Assembly (NCBI GenBank): GCA_965213675.1
Contig: OZ243916.1
Coordinates: 960,001 to 1,024,000, forward strand
DNA from: an uncultured Candidatus Binatia bacterium
GTDB lineage: Bacteria; Desulfobacterota; Binatia; UBA9968; JAJDTQ01
DNA length: 64,000 nucleotides
Direction of reading: 5' to 3'
Made by a program: the position numbers and the translations under genes. Positions 47,128 through 56,611 of the stretch are shown here, piece after piece (position 1 is the stretch's first letter; every line of letters starts with the position of its first letter). The notes below the pieces were generated by a model that saw only the letters and a list, made by a program, of their open reading frames with translations, ran no database searches and had not been told where the DNA came from.

Positions 47128-47688
47128 TTAACACATTTGCCCCGGCCAATAAAGGCGGCCGAAATCCTTGAGGGCTTCGGCGGTGCTGTGGAAGGCGAGA
47201 TCGTCCCAGGGAATGCGCGAGGCCGGGAAGACGCCGGCTTCGGTGCTCTCGTCCCCGGCGGTCAGGGCGCCGCCAACGACGTCCGCCACGTACACGATGA
47301 TGACGTTGGGATTTCCGGGATAGGAGTAGACGCCCAGGAGCGAACGGGTCACCACCTCGAGGCAGCTTTCCTCCAGGGTTTCGCGCACCGCGGCGTCCGC
47401 GGTGCTTTCGCCGCGGTCGACATACCCCCCGGGGAACACCCACTTGCCTATGGCCGGCTCGATGCCGCGGCGCAACAGCACGACACCGCCGTCGAGTACG
47501 CACACGGTCCCCGCCACGACCTTGGGATCCTGATAGAAGATAAAGGAGCACTTGTCGCACACCAGCCGCTGAGGCTCGTTCTCCTTGAGCGCGCGCGCCG
47601 ACAAGGTTCCGGCGCAACGCGGGCAAAAGCGGTAGCCGCGGCCTCCGTGGTGATGATGGTGGGGGTCATGATGGTGATGCGTCGCCAT
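47128..47688 (-). CDS. NUDIX hydrolase with zinc-ribbon N-terminus and His-rich leader
   Basis: MATHHHHDPHHHHH, FCPRC...CDKC..IFYQDPK, Nudix box GGYVDRGESTADAAVRETLEE, WDDLAF. Confidence 0.88.
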   Translation of the reverse strand: MATHHHHDPHHHHHGGRGYRFCPRCAGTLSARALKENEPQRLVCDKCSFIFYQDPKVVAGTVCVLDGGVVLLRRGIEPAIGKWVFPGGYVDRGESTADAAVRETLEESCLEVVTRSLLGVYSYPGNPNVIIVYVADVVGGALTAGDESTEAGVFPASRIPWDDLAFHSTAEALKDFGRLYWPGQMC

Positions 47689-47844
47689 GATCTTCAATCC
47701 CGGGTGACGTTGGCTGGAAGGTCCCGCGAATTCCTGCGGCGCAAGCTCCTGGGGATCGACGGAAACCGTCCCATACATTCCTCCACAAGCTCTTCCCTCG
47801 TCCTGAGCCCTTCCACAGGGCGTCGCGAAGTCGCAGGACGCGCC

Positions 47845-48612
<768 letters not shown>

Positions 48613-48616
48613 GCGC

Positions 48617-49309
48617 TCACTCCGGCTTGGGTTCGTCGTCGCCGCCGAACCCGGCGCGGCCAACGGGCGCCTCGGAGGGAGCGAGGGCCGGCGCCAATGT
48701 GGCCGTGGCGGCTTCAGCGCTCAAGCCGGCCGCCGCCGTATCCCCCTCCGGGCGATCTTCGGGGGACTCGTCGCCGTTCAGCGCCTGGGTCATGTCCTCC
48801 ATCTCCCGCAGCGTGGGAAGGCTCGCCAGATCCTTCAGATTGAAGGCTTCCAGGAACTCCCGGGTGGTGCCGTACAGAAACGGCTTGCCCGCCACGTCCT
48901 TGCGCGCCACGATGCGGATCATGCGGCGATCCAGCAGCGTGGCCACGACGCCGCCGGCGTTGACGCCGCGGATATCTTCGATCTCCGCGCGGGTCACCGG
49001 CTGCTTGTAGGCAATGATGGCCAGGGTCTCGAGGTTGGCCCGGCTCATGCGCGCCGGCCGGACCGCGGTGAGCCGGCGGACAAACTCGGCGTGCTCTTTG
49101 GCCGTACGCAACTGGTAGCCGTTGGCGACCTCCGTCAGGCGCAGACCCCGGCCCGCGCACTCGTACTCGTGGCGCAACGCCTCCAGCGCGCCGGCGATGT
49201 CCTTGCGCGAAACCTCGCCCACCGCATCCCGCAGCCGCTCCGCCGAAACCGGCCCGTCGGCGGCGAACAGCAGGCTCTCGAGAACCGCCCGAAGTTCCTC
49301 ACCCTCCAT
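48617..49309 (-). CDS. scpB: SMC-Scp complex subunit ScpB
   Basis: LESLLFA, VANGYQLRT, LETLAIIAYKQPVTRAEIEDIRGV, YGTT.EFL..F.L. Confidence 0.95.
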   Translation of the reverse strand: MEGEELRAVLESLLFAADGPVSAERLRDAVGEVSRKDIAGALEALRHEYECAGRGLRLTEVANGYQLRTAKEHAEFVRRLTAVRPARMSRANLETLAIIAYKQPVTRAEIEDIRGVNAGGVVATLLDRRMIRIVARKDVAGKPFLYGTTREFLEAFNLKDLASLPTLREMEDMTQALNGDESPEDRPEGDTAAAGLSAEAATATLAPALAPSEAPVGRAGFGGDDEPKPE

Positions 49310-49326
49310 GCGCGTGTCCTGTCCGG

Positions 49327-50085
49327 TTAGTCCCCATAAACCACCTCCGTCTCCAGGGCGGCGCTGGCCTCGGCCAGCGACAGCATGGGCTCCATCAGGA
49401 TGGGACCCAGGCGCTCCTTCTGCACCGCGTGCACGGCGCGGATGCGGATGAGTTCCAGCAGCGCCAGAAAGGTGGCCACCACATCCAGGCGCGAGCGCGC
49501 CGCGTCGAACAACTCGCGGAATTCCACCGACGACCTGCGCTGCAGGGTATCGAGGATGTGGGTCATGCGTTCACGCACGGACGCGGTTTCCTGCACCACC
49601 CGGTGCACCGACGGTCCCGGAAACCGTTCCAGCACCTGTTGCAGCGCCGACACCAGATCGAACACCGAAAGCTGCTCGAAGCTGACCTCGGTGACCGGTG
49701 CGGACCGTGCCTGGCGGACGAAGACGTCGCGGTTGAGAACGTCACGCTCTGCGAGCTCCCGTGCCGCGTCCTTGAAGCGCTCGTACTCCAGCAGGCGGCG
49801 GACCAGCGCCTCGCGACTGTCAAGGGGCTCGTCGCCGTCCTCACCCTCCTCCTCTTCCGGCGGCAGCAGGGTCCTGGACTTGATGTGGAGGAGCGTCGCC
49901 GCCATCACCAGGTACTCGCCGGAGAGATCCAGGTTGAGCCCCTGCATCAACTCCAGGGCGGCGAGGTACTGCTCGGTAATGGACGCGATGGGAATATCGA
50001 CGATGCTGAGCTCGTTCTTGCGGATGAGATGGAGCAGCAGGTCCAACGGGCCCTCGTAAATCTTGAGTTGGACGTTTACCGCCAT
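49327..50085 (-). CDS. scpA: SMC-Scp complex subunit ScpA
   Basis: YEGPLDLLLHLI, EYLVMAATLLHIKSR.LLP, LV.RLLEY, FLALLEL. Confidence 0.95.
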   Translation of the reverse strand: MAVNVQLKIYEGPLDLLLHLIRKNELSIVDIPIASITEQYLAALELMQGLNLDLSGEYLVMAATLLHIKSRTLLPPEEEEGEDGDEPLDSREALVRRLLEYERFKDAARELAERDVLNRDVFVRQARSAPVTEVSFEQLSVFDLVSALQQVLERFPGPSVHRVVQETASVRERMTHILDTLQRRSSVEFRELFDAARSRLDVVATFLALLELIRIRAVHAVQKERLGPILMEPMLSLAEASAALETEVVYGD

Positions 50086-50151
50086 GGGACCCTCTCCCTG
50101 TCCGCCGCGCGCGTGCCGCGATGGGTCTGCAAGCCGCACCCGCGCGCACGA

Positions 50152-51129
50152 TCAGAGCGTCAATGCCGAGCGCACTTCGTTCATGGTCGCCACGGCCTGC
50201 TCGCCGGCCACGCAGTTGCCTTCCTCGATCACGTCGCGGATGTCGTCCGGATGTTTCTCGTACTCGGCCTTCTTCTCCCGGAAAGGTGCGAGGTCGTCGA
50301 CCACGTGCCGGATCATCACCTTCTTGCAGTCCAGACAGCCGATGCCGGCCGTGCGGCAACCCTCGGAGACCTCCTGGATCTCGTCCGGCGTGCAGTAGAT
50401 CTTGTGCAGATTGAAGGCCGGGCACTTCTCGGGCTCACCCGGGTCGGTGCGGCGGGCGCGCGCCGTGTCGGTCACCATGCGGCTGAGCTTGCGGTCGATG
50501 GTCTCCGGCGGGTCCGAAAGCAGCACCGAGTTGCCGTAGCTCTTGCTCATCTTGCGCCCGTCGAGGCCCGGCAACCGCTGGGTTTCGGTGAGCAGCACCT
50601 CGGGCTCGGGAAACACGGGACCGTAGAAGCTGTTGAAGCGGCGCACGATTTCCCGCGTCAACTCCACGTGGGGCGCCTGATCCACGCCCACGGGCACCCG
50701 GTGGGCCTTGTACATGATGATGTCCGCGGCCTGAAGCACGGGATAGCCGAGGAAGCCGTAGGTGGAGAGGTCGCGGTCGCTCAGCTCGCGCACCTGTTCC
50801 TTGTAGGTCGGGTTGCGCTCGAGCCACGACACCGGCGTCAGCATGGACAGGAGCAGGTGCAGTTCGGCGTGCTCCTTGATGTCCGACTGGCGGAAAATGG
50901 TGCACCGGGCAGGATCGAGGCCGACGCTCAACCACTCCGCAACCATCGCCCGAGTGCCTTCCCGGAGACCCTCCGGTGACTGGTAGTCGGTGGTCAGCGC
51001 GTGCCAGTCGGCCACGAAGAAGAAACAGCGAAAGCCGTCCTGCAGTCCGACCCAGTTGCGCAGGGCGCCGTGGAGATGACCCAGATGAAGCAATCCGGTG
51101 GGGCGCGCCCCGCTTACGATGGTTTGCAT
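50152..51129 (-). CDS. trpS: tryptophan--tRNA ligase
   Basis: SGARPTG.LHLGH, ADWHALT, YPVLQAADI, VPVGVDQ, KMSKS. Confidence 0.97.
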   Translation of the reverse strand: MQTIVSGARPTGLLHLGHLHGALRNWVGLQDGFRCFFFVADWHALTTDYQSPEGLREGTRAMVAEWLSVGLDPARCTIFRQSDIKEHAELHLLLSMLTPVSWLERNPTYKEQVRELSDRDLSTYGFLGYPVLQAADIIMYKAHRVPVGVDQAPHVELTREIVRRFNSFYGPVFPEPEVLLTETQRLPGLDGRKMSKSYGNSVLLSDPPETIDRKLSRMVTDTARARRTDPGEPEKCPAFNLHKIYCTPDEIQEVSEGCRTAGIGCLDCKKVMIRHVVDDLAPFREKKAEYEKHPDDIRDVIEEGNCVAGEQAVATMNEVRSALTL

Positions 51130-51139
51130 GCGCTCCAGC

Positions 51140-51796
51140 TTACACCACTCCGACGATGACGGCCAGAAACCAGACCACGAAGTCCATGATGGGCACCAGC
51201 GTGTAGGTCAGCGCACCGGTCATCAACAGCGCCACCACGATAATGAATCCGTAGGGCTCGATGCGGGACACTTGAGAGGCCTGGGGTTCCGGCAGCAGAC
51301 CCACCAGTACCCGGCCCCCGTCCAGCGGCGGCACGGGCATGACGTTGAACACCGCCAGCATGACGTTGATGCGCACGCTGGTGAGGCCCATGTACCAGAG
51401 ATACGACGACACCGTGCCGTCGACGGTGCTGCCGCTCATGATGATGATCTTGACCAGTATGAGGCTCAGCAGCGCCAGGATAATGTTCGCCCCCGGCCCG
51501 GCCAGGGCCACGCGAATCATGTCCCGGCGCGGATCCCGGAGGTTGTCGAAGTTCACCGGCACGGGCTTGGCGTAGCCGAACACTGGCCCGCCCGCCCAGA
51601 TGAGCAACGCGGGCAGCAGCACCGTGCCGACGATGTCGACATGCGACAGGGGGTTGAGCGTCAGCCGTCCCATGATGGCCGCCGTGGGGTCTCCCAGGCG
51701 GTAGGCCACCCAACCGTGGGCCACCTCGTGGAAGACGATGGCCACGAGGACGGGAAATGCCCACACGGTGAGCTGCCACAGGAAGTCTTGGGACAT
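51140..51796 (-). CDS. site-2 protease (M50) family protein
   Basis: HEVAH, GRLTLNP, GYAKPVPVN, AGPGAN, FNVMPVPPLDGG. Confidence 0.92.
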   Translation of the reverse strand: MSQDFLWQLTVWAFPVLVAIVFHEVAHGWVAYRLGDPTAAIMGRLTLNPLSHVDIVGTVLLPALLIWAGGPVFGYAKPVPVNFDNLRDPRRDMIRVALAGPGANIILALLSLILVKIIIMSGSTVDGTVSSYLWYMGLTSVRINVMLAVFNVMPVPPLDGGRVLVGLLPEPQASQVSRIEPYGFIIVVALLMTGALTYTLVPIMDFVVWFLAVIVGVV

Positions 51797-51841
51797 CGGG
51801 CTTTTTTAAGGGACGGACCGGGAAAACACAACGTACCCTGC

Positions 51842-52759
51842 TCAAGGGTCGGTGTCCGGGTTCTCGCGCGGGTGAAAACGCCGGTGCACCTGCTTGATGC
51901 GGCCACGGCTGACGTGGGTGTAGATCTGGGTGGTGGCGATATCCGAATGGCCCAGCATGGATTGCACGGCGCGCAGGTCGGCGCCGCCCTCCAGGAGGTG
52001 CGTGGCGAAGGAGTGGCGCAGGGTATGGGGGGTCACCCGGTACTGGAGGCCCGCGCGCACGGCATGGCCGCGCAGCAGCTTCCAGAACCCTTGGCGCGTG
52101 AGCGGCCTGGCCGAACGCGAGAGGAACACATGGTCGCTGTAGCGGCCGCGCAGAAAATGCGGGCGCACGTCGCGCAGGTAACGCTGGAGGCACTCGCGCG
52201 CATGGCGGCCGAAGGGGACCAGCCGCACCTTGGCGCCTTTCCCCTTGACGGTGACGTAGCCGCCATCGAGGTTGACTTGCGGCAAGGTCAGGGAAACCAG
52301 CTCCGAAACCCGCAGCCCGCTGCCGTAGAGCAGTTCGAGCATGGCGCGGTCCCGCGCCCCCAGCGGCTTCGCCTCGTCCGGCTGGTCCAGAAGCGCGCGC
52401 ATGTCCTCCGTGCCCAAGGTCCCGGGCAGGCGCCCGGCGGCGCCGCGGGACGAGAAGTCGGGCACCGGATCGGCCTCGATCACCTCTTCCTTCAGCAGGA
52501 AACGGAAGAAGCGCCGCATGCTCCCCAGCAGCCGCGTCACGGACAGCTCGCTCAAACCGGAGCCGCGCATCTCGGCGATGTAGGCGCGCAGGTCCCACCG
52601 GGTCGCGCCGCCCCATGCGGCCACGCCGCGCCGGGCGAGGAAGTCCACCAGGCGGTTGAGATCGCGGCTGTAGGCCTCCAGGGTGTTGGCCGACAGCCCG
52701 CGCTCCACCGCGGCCATCTCCAGGTACTGGTCCACGTGCGCCGTCAGCTCATCCATCAT
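51842..52759 (-). CDS. xerD: site-specific tyrosine recombinase XerD
   Basis: ERGLSANT..AY.RDL, RDRAMLELLYGSGLRVSEL, GKG.KVR.VP, LTRQGFW, PHTLRHSFATHLL, MLGHSDIATTQIYTHV. Confidence 0.93.
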   Translation of the reverse strand: MMDELTAHVDQYLEMAAVERGLSANTLEAYSRDLNRLVDFLARRGVAAWGGATRWDLRAYIAEMRGSGLSELSVTRLLGSMRRFFRFLLKEEVIEADPVPDFSSRGAAGRLPGTLGTEDMRALLDQPDEAKPLGARDRAMLELLYGSGLRVSELVSLTLPQVNLDGGYVTVKGKGAKVRLVPFGRHARECLQRYLRDVRPHFLRGRYSDHVFLSRSARPLTRQGFWKLLRGHAVRAGLQYRVTPHTLRHSFATHLLEGGADLRAVQSMLGHSDIATTQIYTHVSRGRIKQVHRRFHPRENPDTDP

Positions 52760-55502
52760 CCCGCGGCTCCAACTCCCTGTGCAGGGCCTCGCCCAGGCCG
52801 CGCAGGCGTTCGCCGTCCCGGACCTTCCGGCCGCGCGCGTCCGTCACATAGAAGACGTCGGCGACCCGGTCGACATCGGTGGAGATCTTGGCCAGATGGA
52901 TGGCGAAGTCCAGCTTCGCGAGCCAATGGGTAATGGTGAAGAGCACCCCCGCGCGGTCCCCGGTGTAGACCTCGATGATGGTGAAGTCGTCGGAAGCCTC
53001 GTTGTCCCATTGCACCTGCGTCGATGCCTTGACCACCGGCCGCAGCGACAGCCGTCGGCGCGACCGGGCCACGAGTTCGGCGACGTCCACTTCGCCTCGC
53101 AGCACCCGTCTCAAGATCGACTCCATGCGCGTCCACTTGTCCGGATCCATGACCACCTGGGCCTGCCCGTGGTGCGAGATGCGGAACACGTCGAGGATGA
53201 GGCCGTCGCGGCGGGTGTTGATGCGCGCGCTGAGCACGTTCAGCTCCATGGCGGCGAACACGCCGGCGATGGAAGCGAAGAGTCCGGACTGGTCATGCGC
53301 CGCCATGGCCACCTCGCTGTGCCCGTGTTCGGGATGATGCCGCACGTCGGCCAGGAAGGGTTCATGGGCAAGGCGCCGGAGGAGCCGGTAGTGGGACGGC
53401 ATGGTTTCCTCGGGGGTCGTGAGGAAGTAGCGCCCGGGCATGGCGTCGATGAACTCCCGCCGAACCTCGTCCCGCGGGTGCTCCTGCGCGAGTCGCGCCC
53501 ACAGCCGCTCCTGTACGCGCCGCACCTTGAGGTCGCGATCGGGGGCGGCCGACTCGCCCTTCTCGCGCTCTTCCAGCACCTGCAGGGTGCGGTTGAAGAG
53601 CTGTTCGAGCAAGGACCCCTTCCAGTTGTTCCACACCTCCGGGCCGACCGCCTTCATGTCGGAATACGTGAGCAGGTACAGTGCCTTGAGGCAGTCCGCC
53701 GTGCCCATGGCATCGGCCAAGTTCGCCACGGTCTTCTCGTCCTCGATGTCGCGGCGGAATGCCGTGCCGGTGAGCAGCAGGTGGTGGAGCACCAGGAACG
53801 ACAGCAGCTCCTGCTCGTCCTCGTTGAGGCCCATGCGCGCAGCCGCGTCCATGGCCATGGCCCGGCCCCGCTCCGAGTGGTTGCCGCCGTGGCCCTTGCC
53901 GATGTCGTGGAACAGAATCCCCAGGATCAGCACCTCCGGCCGCTGCACCTCCCGGGCAAGCTGGGACAGGCGCGGCAGCGATTCCACGAACTCCCCCGCA
54001 CGCAGCCGCTCGAACTCCTTCACCGCGCGCATGAGGTGCTGGTCCACCGTATAGATGTGATAGAGGTCGTGCAGCGCCATGCAGCGCACGCGCGCGAACT
54101 CCGGGACCAGGGCGTCGAGTACGCCGGCGCGATGCATCTCCAGCAGCGTCTCGTAGATCCAGTCGTTGCCCCGCAGGATGTCGAGAAAGCGCTGGTTGGC
54201 CGCCGCGGACGACGCCAGCGACGTGCTCAAAGTCTCGGAGCGGACGCGAACCGCGGCGCGCGAATCCTGCCCGAGGTTGAGGCGATGACGCTGCAGATCC
54301 GCGAACAGCTCCAGCAATTCCTCCGGCGTGCCCCTGATCGCGCCCGCGGTCAGCGCCAGTGTGTCCCCGGCGATGCGCACTCCCGGACGCAGCTCGCGGC
54401 CGGGATGCCCGGGGCGCCGTGGCGTGGAACCGTGCTCCACCGCCCGATGGAGGATCAGCGCCGACAGCCGGCTCACCTCCTCGGCGTGCCGGTAATAGCT
54501 GCGCATGAAGGTCTCCACCTCGCTCAGACGGGCCTCTGCGGTAAAGCCCAGTGCCGCGGCGGCCTGTTCCTGGGACTCGAAGGTGAGCCGGTCCTGGTGT
54601 CGCCCGGCGAGAAAATGCAGCTCGTTGCGCGTACGCCAGAGGAAGTCCCGCGCGCGCGCCAGCGTTTCCAGGTCCCGCTGGTCCAGCAGGCCGGCTTGGG
54701 TCAGATCCTCCAGGCGCGCCACGCCGCGCCTGGCTTGGGCGACCCACATGGCGCCGTGGATGTCGCGCAGACCGCCCTGGCCTTCCTTGACGTCCGGCTC
54801 CAGCAGGAACACGGACTCGCCGTACGCCTCGTGACGGCGGTGGCATTCGGCCAGCTTCCGCTGCACGAAGATCTCGCCCGCCCCGCCGGCGAGACGCCTG
54901 GACACCATGCGTTCCAGCGCGTGCGCCAGGCCCGCATCGCCGCACACGCGCCGCGCATCCAACAGCGCCGTCATGATGACGTCGTCGGCGCGGGCGCGGC
55001 GCAGGCATTCGTTCACCGTGCGCGTGGCATGACCCACGGTGAGACCCGCGTCCCACAAGGGATAGAGGATGCGTTCCGTGACGAACTCGACGTAGCCGGC
55101 GGCGCGCCAGCCGTACAGGAAGAGGATGTCGATGTCGGAGCCGGGGTTCAACTCCTCCCTGCCGTAACCCCCTTGCGCCACCACCGCGCAACGCCCGCGC
55201 AGCGCCGGGAGACGCGCGCCGTAGTCCCTTTCCGCGTTCTCGAACAGCCGCCGCAGGATTCCGTCCATCATCGCCGCCCGCGCCCGCACCACTTCCGTTC
55301 CCGAGGCGCCGGCCCGATGGGCGGCCAGCAGGAGACGTTGCCCCTCGGCGACGCAGGCGCGCACCGCCGGCGCGCTGGCGGCGCTGCCCAGATGTTCCTC
55401 CACGAGCGCGCGCCAGGGGAATGCGCCGCCCGCCCGCGCCATCGGGACGGCATCATCGACGCTCACGGCCTCACTCTCCGGCACCGGCGGCAACAGGGTC
55501 AT
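52749..55502 (-). CDS. glnD: [protein-PII] uridylyltransferase
   Basis: AQGGYGREELNPGSDIDIL, LEPDVKEGQGGLRD, HIYTVDQH, HDIGKG, two C-terminal ACT domains. Confidence 0.95.
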   Translation of the reverse strand: MTLLPPVPESEAVSVDDAVPMARAGGAFPWRALVEEHLGSAASAPAVRACVAEGQRLLLAAHRAGASGTEVVRARAAMMDGILRRLFENAERDYGARLPALRGRCAVVAQGGYGREELNPGSDIDILFLYGWRAAGYVEFVTERILYPLWDAGLTVGHATRTVNECLRRARADDVIMTALLDARRVCGDAGLAHALERMVSRRLAGGAGEIFVQRKLAECHRRHEAYGESVFLLEPDVKEGQGGLRDIHGAMWVAQARRGVARLEDLTQAGLLDQRDLETLARARDFLWRTRNELHFLAGRHQDRLTFESQEQAAAALGFTAEARLSEVETFMRSYYRHAEEVSRLSALILHRAVEHGSTPRRPGHPGRELRPGVRIAGDTLALTAGAIRGTPEELLELFADLQRHRLNLGQDSRAAVRVRSETLSTSLASSAAANQRFLDILRGNDWIYETLLEMHRAGVLDALVPEFARVRCMALHDLYHIYTVDQHLMRAVKEFERLRAGEFVESLPRLSQLAREVQRPEVLILGILFHDIGKGHGGNHSERGRAMAMDAAARMGLNEDEQELLSFLVLHHLLLTGTAFRRDIEDEKTVANLADAMGTADCLKALYLLTYSDMKAVGPEVWNNWKGSLLEQLFNRTLQVLEEREKGESAAPDRDLKVRRVQERLWARLAQEHPRDEVRREFIDAMPGRYFLTTPEETMPSHYRLLRRLAHEPFLADVRHHPEHGHSEVAMAAHDQSGLFASIAGVFAAMELNVLSARINTRRDGLILDVFRISHHGQAQVVMDPDKWTRMESILRRVLRGEVDVAELVARSRRRLSLRPVVKASTQVQWDNEASDDFTIIEVYTGDRAGVLFTITHWLAKLDFAIHLAKISTDVDRVADVFYVTDARGRKVRDGERLRGLGEALHRELEPRDDG

Positions 55503-56611
55503 GGGCCCCTCCTCGCGGGCGGCGTGTCGGCATAGTTCCGGATACCGCGAGACAAGCCTTCGACGATGGCCGTGCGCATTTTGGGACGTTGCAATTCCCG
55601 CGCCTCGCGGCGATTGCTCACGAAGAACAGTTCCGCCAGCGCCGCGGGCATGCGCGCTCCCACCAGCACGTAGAAGAGGCCCTTCTTGACGCCCAGATCA
55701 CGGGCTTGAGGGTAACGCGGCCGGACGTTCTCCACGACGGAGGACTGCAGGCGTTTCGCGAGCGTGATGGAATCCGGCACGTACGCGCTCAACTTGAGGT
55801 CGCTCAGTATGATCTGGAGATCCGTGAGGTTGCGGCGCGCGGTGCCGTTCTCCCGCGCCGCCAGCTTCATGGTGGCTTCGTCCGTGGTCTTGTCCAGGTA
55901 ATAGGTCTCGAGCCCGGCGGCGCGCCGGTTGGCGCTCGCATTGGAATGAATCGACACGAACAGGTCGGCCTTCTCCCGGTTCGCCATGGCCGTGCGCTCC
56001 TCGAGGGGCACGAAGACGTCCCGGTTCCGGGTCAGCACCACGTCCACGCCCATCTGCTTCCGGAGCCGGGGCGCCAGGTTCCGGGCCACGCGCAGCACCA
56101 CGTCCTTCTCCCGCAGCCCGCCGACTCCCACGGCGCCGGGATCCTTGCCGCCATGCCCCGGATCGAGCACGATCTTCCGTACCCTGCGATACCCGCGTCC
56201 CGCTCCCTTCCCGTCGCGCTCGACGTCGATGACGATTCGGTGCGGGTTGGCCATGAGCGCGATGTCGGGCTTGCCGCGGTGCTTGAGGTCGAGGACCACG
56301 CGCACGACGCGGGTCTTGAACTGACTGAGCCGGATGCGGCGCACCAAGCGATCATTGACATCGATCCGCCGGCCGCGCATGGTCAGGCGCGTGCCGGGAA
56401 TATCCAGGTAGATGCGCGACAGCTTCGAGCCGGAGGCCGGCGGCAAGCGGTGCGCGGAGTACCGCACCGGGCGGTTGAGGTCGATGATCACGCGCGTGTA
56501 ATGCACCCCGGACAGGTGGCGCACGCCCGTGAGCCGCGCCGTCTGGGCCGCCGCGTCGGCCGCGGGGACGACGACGCACAACACCGCCAGCAAGGACAGC
56601 AAACGCGCCAC
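55499..56611 (-). CDS. N-acetylmuramoyl-L-alanine amidase (AMIN domains plus Amidase_3)
   Basis: Signal peptide; RVIIDL and RVVLDL AMIN repeats; LDPGHGGKDPGA, LTRNRD, SIHSNA, AALAE. Confidence 0.92.
   Translation of the reverse strand: MARLLSLLAVLCVVVPAADAAAQTARLTGVRHLSGVHYTRVIIDLNRPVRYSAHRLPPASGSKLSRIYLDIPGTRLTMRGRRIDVNDRLVRRIRLSQFKTRVVRVVLDLKHRGKPDIALMANPHRIVIDVERDGKGAGRGYRRVRKIVLDPGHGGKDPGAVGVGGLREKDVVLRVARNLAPRLRKQMGVDVVLTRNRDVFVPLEERTAMANREKADLFVSIHSNASANRRAAGLETYYLDKTTDEATMKLAARENGTARRNLTDLQIILSDLKLSAYVPDSITLAKRLQSSVVENVRPRYPQARDLGVKKGLFYVLVGARMPAALAELFFVSNRREARELQRPKMRTAIVEGLSRGIRNYADTPPARRGP

Noticed and set aside
51842-52759. Tyrosine recombinase as a prophage or island integrase
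   Set aside because: XerD-specific signatures (LTRQGFW, ERGLS.NT), ~300 aa length and a housekeeping operon context; no phage genes or att repeats seen.
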